Shown: positions 55,428-64,000 of the stretch, piece by piece | Layout of the letters: every line of letters begins with the position of its first letter | Position numbering within the stretch: the first letter of the stretch is position 1 | Origin: Bigelowiella natans CCMP2755 | Taxonomy: Eukaryota; Protista; Cercozoa | DNA: 64,000 nt | Assembly: GCA_000320545.1 (NCBI GenBank) | Contig: ADNK01000532.1 | Span: 1 to 64,000, forward strand | Reading direction: 5' to 3' | The notes under the pieces: generated by a model | The model's input: the letters and a program-made list of their open reading frames with translations, nothing else | Told to the model about the DNA's origin: nothing | Databases searched by the model: none | Position numbers and translations under genes: made by a program

Positions 55428-56337
55428 ATCAACATGACAAAAATCTGCTCAATGTTGCAGGTCCACCATGACAGAGATGAAATTGTCACTTTCACTTCGG
55501 ATGGCCGTGCTCAGTGTGTTGGTCATTGCATGCCACCAATCTCAGCGCTCTGCTGGCAGATGGCATCTGTCATGCTAGCATGTGCAAATGGACCGCAAAG
55601 TGTCCAATCTAGCAATGTGGCACAAAACGCTTGTCACACATTGCGGATGGCTGTCCGGTGGCCTAGTGGCATTGGTTTGCATGCGCTTCAAAGTTGGCGA
55701 CGCGTGCGTTTGCACACACACTGACATGCCATGCACATGCAAATCTCGCAGGTTGCATGCCGCAGACGCTCTGCACACACGCACTGCTACTACAGCTAGT
55801 GCTAGACTGTCCATGTGTCACGTCAGCATTTCCATTCCACACGCACACGCCTAGATGCGCGGCAAAGTGAAGCTGAGGCTTGTTTGCGCGCCATGCATGC
55901 TGTGAGCGCGTTCAATCAACATTGCCCGCATCGTCACACATGCATGGTCCATGCACTCGCAACGATCGCCAGATCGATGCGATGGTGCATGTGAAGGCAC
56001 ACACGTCAATTGTGCTTGCACCATCTGAAAAAGCTGCTCCTGAACAAAAGACCAAAGAAGGCAGTCCAGAAGAAGGCCGCTGCGTCCAAACTGAAGACGT
56101 TGGAGAATCGAAGAATGAGGCTGCTCCTTGGAACAGTGAACAATGAACAATGAACAATGATGAAAAACCACATTTCCAAAATGTGACAAGACATTTGCAA
56201 CGTGCGAAACGTGGTGCCTCGAACTGTCTTCAGTGAGGACTGCAACTGACAAACTTTTTTTTTTTTTCGAGCCTGTTCTCTGACAAAAGGAGGTGTGTGC
56301 TGATTGTCACCAACTCTTCCACACCCTTCAATTGAGG
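55312..56337. other. TpA-depleted hypermutated tract 4
   Basis: Manual count: 9 TA in ~1025 bp (7 CTAG, 2 CTAC), zero TA in 55854-56337. Confidence 0.92.
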
Positions 56338-56736
56338 TAACTGAACGACCTCGTGCTTTTTCCGGGCGATTGTACGATCAACTGTCAACTGACCATTGTG
56401 AGTGCATGAGTGTGTGTGAAGTGATTCCAATGGTGCAGTTTCGCAAACACGGATCGCATCTAGAGCACTGGTCACCAAACATTTCCAAGAAGAAAAGCTA
56501 GATCCGTGAATTGCTTTTTTCCAGGTGAATTGTCCTTATCATGTCCGATGCATGTGCACTTCTTGCTCACCAAGTGTGCAGCGACTAGCAAAATGCACAG
56601 AAATTCACAGGAAACACAGGACAATTGGGGCAAAATCCATTTAGTTCGTTTCACTTAGATCTAGGTTAGATCTAGGTAAATTAACCTGTAACTGCTCATA
56701 CAGGCATACAGGCTGGGCACCGGGTTCGAGGGAGGG

Positions 56737-58581
56737 ATGGACGCGGGATTTGCTTCGCCCAGAGTAAAGAGGGCATTCGGCAAAGTCTGTAGGTTCTTTA
56801 GGCGTGTAACGAAAGACATCTATCATAATTGTAAATGGATCCAGAGATTCTCTGCAATGTTTAGCACGGGTATGTCAGCAATTACACCTATGTCCATGGT
56901 TGAACTTGAAATTTAGAATTTTTATTTTTCTGATGTGAATGCTGTGCGCATGATTATTGCGTGAGTAGACAAATCAATCGAAAGCAAATAAGCTATTTTC
57001 CGAGGTGTGATTTCCACGATTTTGTTCCAAATTGTGAAGGATGTGCTTTGAGAGTCACCGTTCTCATCATGGCATTGGCTTTGATCTTTAAATATATTGA
57101 GCCCAAGCCGGTCAACGTTAATGATTCGCGAATGGTCGATGAAAAGAGATTAGAACCCAAGCCGGTCAATGTAAATGATTCGCGAATGGTCGATGAAAAG
57201 AGATTAGAACCCAAGCCGGTCAATGTAAATGATTCGCGAATGGTCGATGAAAAGAGATTAGAACCCAAGCCGGTCAACGTATATGATTCGCGAATGGTCG
57301 ATGAAAAGAGATTAGAACCTCCTCCTAAGGGAGTCAGCGCATCTTTGTACTTCAAGGAACAGTGCGAGATAAGACAGAAGGAGCTGGGTGTTGCGAAGAT
57401 TGACAACTGGCAGAAAACAATCCTTATTTTTACAGCAGCCCGCACCGGGAGCACCTTGCTTATGATGCTTCTAAATTGTGGTAAGAAATATTTCATTCAG
57501 GCCATCCTTCCTACATTCTAGAATAGGCAATATGCAAACTACATGAGCCTGATGCTAAAAAGACAGTGCAAACAGTGTGATTCTTTTCCAGCTATAATCT
57601 CTTTCGACTGGTTACTGCTTTTGTATGATTTTATAAACAAAACAGGTATTGCACCAGGTTGCGTAAGACACCCTCAAACGGGCGATTTCCAAGGCAATCC
57701 GGACGTGTTCATCGCCGGAGAGAGCGAAAACTTCCTAATGAAAATGTGGAGGTTAGGTGAAGAGACTGCCACGTTTCGTGACAGCGTCAAGAATCCGTTC
57801 TACGGGACACATCGAGACAATCAAATACCAGTCGATCAGTTACTTCTACTACTATGACAACGACGATGACAAACTGCCATTGCATTTACTTACTGCTACC
57901 ACTACCATATATAATTGCTATTCCCGTCATGTTTGTTACTCAATGGAGTTTCAACTCATTTTGTTGTTTGTAAATTGGTGCTCAACTTGTTTTTTTGATG
58001 GAAATAATTAATTATGCTGTGGTGTGTTCCATAAGATTCTTCCAACGCGATAACGGCTGCTATCGAGTCCTAGGAGCGAAGGAAATTCAATGGTTTGGGC
58101 ACTTGCAACCCGATATGATCGATGTGCCGCAAACCGAAATGGCAATTAAATATCTTGAATTCCTAAGCAAACGGACATGGGGTCTCAAGGTACGCGACCA
58201 CAAAGCTCAGATTTATAAAGATTGCCATGGATGCTGTGACACATATTAAATTAGGTAATTTTCCTTGTGCGCAATCCTGAAGATCTGGCTAAGTCTGCTA
58301 TTTGGCGTGACCTGAAAAATGGAGCAGAAATAGCAAAACAACACGTTGACTTTTTACATGAAGTTCATGCTCTAACCGTCATTAATCGTTACTATTCGAA
58401 AAGTATAGTCCAAAAATGTGGTGGGAAAAAGAAATGCCATAGCCTCGACACATTTTTGTTGGATTTCGATTCATTAAGACAAGGAGATGTAAAAGAGCTT
58501 TTCTCCTTCTTGGGAGAACATTATGATAGAAATCGTGTTCTTGATTTGCTGTCCGAGAAAGCAAGCTTTCCCACCTCTTGA
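56737..58581 (+). CDS. Type II membrane (Golgi-type) sulfotransferase-family protein, spliced
   Basis: TM segment VTVLIMALALIFKYI; 5'-PSB-like loop ILIFTAARTGSTLLMMLLN; NPDVFIAGE; VLGAKEIQW; KVIFLVRNPED..KSAIW (3'-PB-like); ELFSFLGE. Start uncertain. Confidence 0.8.
57099..57314 (+). repeat. Coding tandem repeat, 4 x 54 bp (EPKPVNVNDSRMVDEKRL)
   Basis: Four near-identical in-frame units in the sulfotransferase stem region. Confidence 0.97.
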
Positions 58582-59060
58582 CTTTCAAAAAAAAAGGGAG
58601 TAAGGCATCAGGTTCTTCAGAGAGAAAGCCGAAGATTGAAACAGTAGCATAGTAAGCTGGTCGAATTTAGTTGTTCCCACATCATCAGCTAGGCGAAGAT
58701 CCTAGGGTTGACACACATACAGCTGTGAAAGTGTTTTGAAGTGAGTTATGAAAAAAGTCCTGCGTATCCACGATGCATTACTTGGCATTATGATACGCTT
58801 AGTTAGCGCATGTGACATGATCAGAGATCACTTCTGTAGCTTCGATACGCTCAAAGTTACATGCTTGCATCGTATATATGGCGCACGATTTTTTTTCCAC
58901 TGCAGCGCATTGCATGGCTTGCAACATTGTGCCAAGTTGGTTGTCCCAACTGCACGTACACAGCTGTCCAATGCTGCGTTACGGCCACAGCACTTGCGTT
59001 GTATCTGCTTGTTTGCGTTGCCGCCATCATGTCTTTTATGCACGTACGTACGTACACGCT

Positions 59061-59800
59061 GAGACGGATGCAAGGTGATGTCAAAAAACATCAAAATTTT
59101 CCAACAGTCATCCTCATGTAGCTTTCTAGCTATGCAATGCCGCGGCTAGCTGCTTAAGTTGCACTTGTTTGTTTCAGCTATGTGTGCGTCATACACTTGC
59201 AAATCATCGATCAATGTCCTGTCGCATGTGGCGCGCCCCAGCACGCGTAATGCGGTGCGAATTTATGAATTTCTTCATAATGCACATTGCACAATCGCGC
59301 GCTGCGTTGTACATTCGTGTTGTGCACGTGTGCATTACATATGCACATGTACGTAACACATACGCTAGGATGTGTGTGACACGGTTACTGTTATAGTTAT
59401 TCTGAATCATCAAGCATTATGGACACGCAAAGTCTACAGCATAGCGTGCGTGCATGCACGTGTGACACTGACTGCACCAATGCCTTCATGTGCATGTGCC
59501 TTTTCTCATGCACACACAATGCCATTCATTTCCACACATACACCAAACAATTCCACTGAACCTATATTTCAGCGAAATAACAGATGCATGCGCTACTCAT
59601 GTGATAATTAATAGTATAGTGCATGTGTGTAGAGATATGAAGTCTATTATTATTAGCATACGACCTTGCATGATATAACACATGCAGCTAAAGTCAAAGC
59701 GCTTCAAAAACGTACACACACACCGCTGCATTGCACAGCTACATGAGGATGACCATTGAACAATTTAATTTGATTGATTACATCGATCCGTCTTACACAT
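59061..59800. mobile_element. MITE-like element bounded by inverted ~90-bp repeat copies (59061-59150 +, 59723-59800 -)
   Basis: 59723-59763 is the exact reverse complement of 45030-45070 (41 bp). The left copy reads gagacggatgcaa..caacagtcatcctcatgtagc. Confidence 0.7.
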
Positions 59801-59885
59801 GGAATCACATGCGAATGTATGTGCATTGGCTCATGACTGTGCAACGATAATAAACCTTTTCAACGTGTCATTGTGAACAATGACG

Positions 59886-59957
<72 letters not shown>

Positions 59958-60289
59958 TATATTTGTATCATGGAGCTCTTGTGTGTGTATTCGGCCGCGT
60001 GGAGCAGTTCGCCATGCAACTACAAAAACGCGCCAGTGGGCGCAATCTAGAATCTTGTTATGCTCAATAATACAAAATCGAGTTGAGAGACCACACAGAG
60101 TAAAGATGTTCGGCAAATATTTATAGGATAGTAGATTAAGTGAATCAAACGACTACAGCATGCAGCTCTGCCGACCTTGCAGATCCAGCAAGTGACTAAT
60201 GTAATTTGATGGATTGGTTGCGGCATGCGAGAATTTGGAATTCATCCAGATGGAAATTAGACAAATTCTCATCCGATCTGTAGGCATCA

Positions 60290-61068
60290 TTATTTTCTGA
60301 GTTCCGAGACGCATTTTTGGTAGGAGTTCATAAGGCCAGCGCACTCTAAACTGGATTTACGAGGTGTTAAGCTGTGCTTGCTGAATTTAGATTAGGAGGC
60401 AAGTCAATACACAGAGTCTTTGTTCGAACAATTCAAAGTACCTGTAGCATTGTAAGATATCATACTCTTCCTTAGTACAAGTAGCTGCCACCAACTCTTC
60501 GTGATAGTTATGCTCCAGCTGAGAAAACATACCGTGCAAGTCAGTAAAATCAACTAACCCTCAAAGCATTTCACCTTCCCGAATTTATCTTTCAATTCGT
60601 GTATCATCCTTGTTTCCTGATTAATTTTTAATTAGAGTAGGAAATATAAATGGAGACATTTTTGAAACCTGCTGATCTTCCACCGTATCAAGTGAAAATC
60701 GAGGATCTTCTTCATGGTCGTCCGGTGCTGTTCCGACAGTCGCTCCGATTTTGCCTCCTATTCTGTGCCGCTGTTTCCCTGCCTGGAACAAATACTACAT
60801 CATAATGGTTATATTTCAATTATTTCAGAAGTTATACCCCGATGTATTCTTCAAACTGCTGTAGGAGGACAGGAGAGACCTACGGAATAGCAACCATAAG
60901 TCATTGATTTTTCGTGATTCTGTTTAGCTGGAAGTGAAACTCAGTTCCTCTTTCTACCCAGATTCGTGGCGGTCGTTCTAGGCCTCTTGCTTTTGCGACG
61001 CGACTATGAGCTGCTGACACTCCGGCTGCTGCAGCAAGCGCGATGAAGCGAGCACGCACTGCTGCCAT
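60290..61068 (-). CDS. Twin-CX9C (CHCH) mitochondrial intermembrane-space protein, Mic19/CHCHD3-like; 6 short exons
   Basis: Spliced in frame: MAAVRARFIALAAAAGVSAAHSRVAKARGLERPPRIW|VSPVLLQQFEEYIG|AGKQR..EDQQ|ETRMIHELKDKFGK|LEHNYHEELVAATCTKEEYDILQCY|SKHSLTPRKSSLECAGLMNSYQKCVSELRK*. Confidence 0.82.
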
Positions 61069-61388
61069 TTCTGGTGATAGACCTGCTGGAATTTAATTCC
61101 AAAAATGGCAATTCTGCTTTGTCGCAGAAACTAAATTTCTGACTTTCGCGACTGGGTCGCCTCGCAATTCTTTCTTCCAGAAGTGTGACGAAAATTTCGA
61201 AGGATTTTCCTACGTAATTAATTTTACTACAAATTGATGTTGGATGTTTCAGGGCAGGAATTACATGACCGCTGGAGTTTTCGCATCATCGTGTAAACAT
61301 CCTAGGAAAAAGTTCTACTCCTCATCAACAGTCGTCTGCACCATCCAGATACGAGATAACTGGGAAAACTGATCGTGATTTCCGAAGC

Positions 61389-63787
61389 ATGTCTCTCTAC
61401 TTAGATTCGAGAGGGATCAAGACATGAAACAGCACATTTTAGTTGTCGTAGGAAAGAATATCCCAAACATGTGAACTTTGCTTCGATACGGAGCGGGGAA
61501 AAACAAAACCAGTTACATTTTATACACTTAAATTATAATATGCGACGTCAATTTGGTGTTGTCGTTCGATTTTTATGTAATGGAATTACCCCATCTGAGG
61601 CATCCGCAACGTCTGATTTGTGACTTACATTTTGTTCTTGGTGATTGTGACGATGTTGCTTGGCCTGTGGGGGGAGATTGATAGATGCACCATCTGGCCT
61701 TTTAGAGAGAGTCCAATAGATCAAATGCAGATAAATAATGACAGAGAGAGATTTTATGTACTCATAAGGCCGAATAAGCGCCCACCCGAAACTAGGAATC
61801 ATCATAACATATCATACATTACCTCACGGGAGAACGTGATACTGATGTTGCAGCTGGATCGAATCCAAACTGAAGGACTCATTCGGTACCCCAACCTGGT
61901 TGCAAGTCCCCACTGGGAACAACTGAAAAATGTCTATGGAAGCGATTCCCGGTGAAACAAAAGGCACGCTGGTATTAATTTTTTTAAGTGTGGAGATATT
62001 TGGTCCTCTTCCTAAGCTGAGGCTTGATGGTTATGACACAGAATTCTAGGGCCAGACATGGACAGCATGGAACTGGTTGCTGTGGTCGCATGGGAAATTG
62101 TTGGGACTGCTTCTGCAACACACTAATTGCCCCTCATGAAGGTGTTGATCACTCCCGAGAAGACTAACGATGCCCGTGTTCGTAGTAAATAGAACACAAT
62201 TTAACGAACAATGAGCAGAAAATTTCAGTTTTCCGTTTTATGTCGGTCTCAAAAATTTTACCCTACGATAGAGAGCTTTGTTCCAGTGAGATGCCCTCCG
62301 AGGAAGTATATTCTCTCGCGTTTCCTGGCCCGCATTGACCCTAACGCCTACAACCCGTTCGATGAATTCTACTCTCTCCACGAAGCATATGCCCTTCCGC
62401 TCATCGGATTCATAATTACCCTGTTCGGTTTCTTCCTCGTGGCTTTCTATTTGTTTCTTCAGTACAGCAAGTGAGGAGCATTTCAAATTTTAAGGCCGAA
62501 CCTTCAACAAAGAAGTCAAATTTCCAACTTTTTAAGAGATTTCAGTGGCAATTTCCTGTGGTGTGGCCCGACGGCCTGGCTAGAAGGAAGACATCAAACT
62601 TCTATCGCGGCGTTTCTTTTCTTTTTTTCGTTCTCCTTGTAATTCATCCCCTTTGATGTTGCAATCTTCCTTTTTTATTTTATTCTTCGATTAGATGTAC
62701 TTATTTTACTCAACGTTGCCATTAGTTTCGCAGCGGGTTTCAGCCCGAACCATTCCTTTACCTCTGAGGTTGACGGAACCTATGAAGCAAAGCTAGGGGG
62801 ATGCGCCGATTCCAGTAGTCTTAGTGATTGCGATGAGACCGTGAGGGGGAACATATTCGTAGCGTTCATGCTTTCCAGTGGCCAGTACCTTGCACCTTCG
62901 GCCGCTGGTTTCGCACTCAACTTTACCGTCGAGTATCAATCGGTATCTAGATCTAATATATCAAAACCGATCGAACAAGAGAAGAGGAGGAGTAGGAGGA
63001 GGAGGAGTAGGAGGAGGAGGAGTAGGAGGAGGAGGAGGAAGAGCTAAGACGGGGATGAGGAAGGGAGAACAGAATCATCGTTACTTCTAGATGGCCTCAC
63101 ACATCCATCCATTCCGTTCTCTTGAATATGTTATCAGCTTAATGGAACGACGGCCAAAGTGTATGATTTACCAGCTACAAGCGCTAGCTCAGCATCTCTC
63201 CTCGGAAATCAGTTTTCACGACCCGGTGAGTCGTCTCCAGCTTTCTCATCATCATCATCATCATCGTCGTCGTCACCATCATCGCTCATTTAGTAGCCAC
63301 AATAGAGGACTGGTTGTTTTAGGCCTTATGATGTTCATCATAAGGCCTTCAACCGTAAATATCTGTATTAACACCCAGGAAGCTCTTAGTTAGATGAAAC
63401 TATTCCGCAACATGCAACGACTTCTGAAAGACGAAGATCGAGATTCCCTACGACTCATGGACACATATGATGCTTGTTTTGCAAAATCCCACCTGTACTG
63501 AGAGAGAAGCGATCTTTCATTATTGACTCGTCCAGTGCAGAGCCCCTTCTCATTCCTCTGCCACTGGCGATTGATTATGTTACAGTCTGGTACCTTGAAT
63601 CGGACACGCAGGCCTTCCTTCAACGCTCGATCTCGCTGGATACGTCAGTGGATCATAGGATCGTTCAAATCGTCGCCACGCCTACAGACAGCAGTTACTC
63701 CAACCTCACGCAGACTCTAGCGGGAGGCAGCTTCGAGATTTATCGTAATGAATGGCACTTATCTCTAATTCAAAAAAATGGATATGT

Positions 63788-63851
<64 letters not shown>

Positions 63852-64000
63852 CGTACCCCCTTGCAGACGCTGATCAGTTTCTCTTCTTCTCTTTCCTTCG
63901 TTGTCCTTGTCTGGCATCTTTGATGCTCGCCTCATAGCTGTGAAAAAACGATAAGTGTGTTTTGAGCGTGCGTGGATGCAATAATGGGTGTGCGAGCGCC
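61389..64000 (+). CDS. Hypothetical membrane protein, multi-exon, runs off the window
   Basis: Coding-like exons (DRIQTEGLIRYPNLV..; YALPLIGFIITLFGFFLVAFYLFLQY TM segment; KIPPVLREKRSFIIDS..) with GT-AG boundaries. Both ends uncertain. Confidence 0.55.

Noticed and set aside
55434-56501. Many overlapping Cys/His-rich ORFs (also at 39500-39850, 44300-44750, 47400-48200 and 58750-59680)
   Set aside because: By-products of TAA/TAG depletion and TG/CA excess, with no domain signatures.
57099-57314. CRISPR-like array
   Set aside because: Contiguous tandem units with no unique spacers, in frame within a eukaryotic CDS.

Overview
Gene-dense, intron-rich eukaryotic nuclear DNA. Microsatellite-laden GT-AG introns and a signal+transit bipartite leader suggest a secondary-plastid alga, possibly a chlorarachniophyte (inference). 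Splicing by eye gives about 19 genes: a JmjC demethylase (5'-partial), V-ATPase subunit H, a bHLH factor, an MLKL-like helical-bundle pseudokinase, a PWI/UBM/RGG mRNA-export-like protein, a DENND4-like Rab GEF, a PhzF-family protein, a FOXRED2-like flavoprotein, a PPR protein, an RNF170-like E3, a two-domain retropepsin-like protease, an IQ protein, a sulfotransferase, a twin-CX9C Mic19-like protein and several hypotheticals. Most ORF-track entries are microsatellite or composition artefacts. The strongest signal is non-coding. Four tracts (39711-40356, 44335-45020, 46828-47848, 55312-56337; about 3.4 kb) have lost almost every TpA except in CTAG, while CpG is retained. Homologous repeat copies show TG versus CA, or TG versus TA, at the same sites. 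This looks like a localized, two-strand TpA->TpG/CpA hypermutation system acting on repeat-derived DNA, the mirror image of fungal RIP. All counts, alignments and exon boundaries are manual and need computational confirmation.
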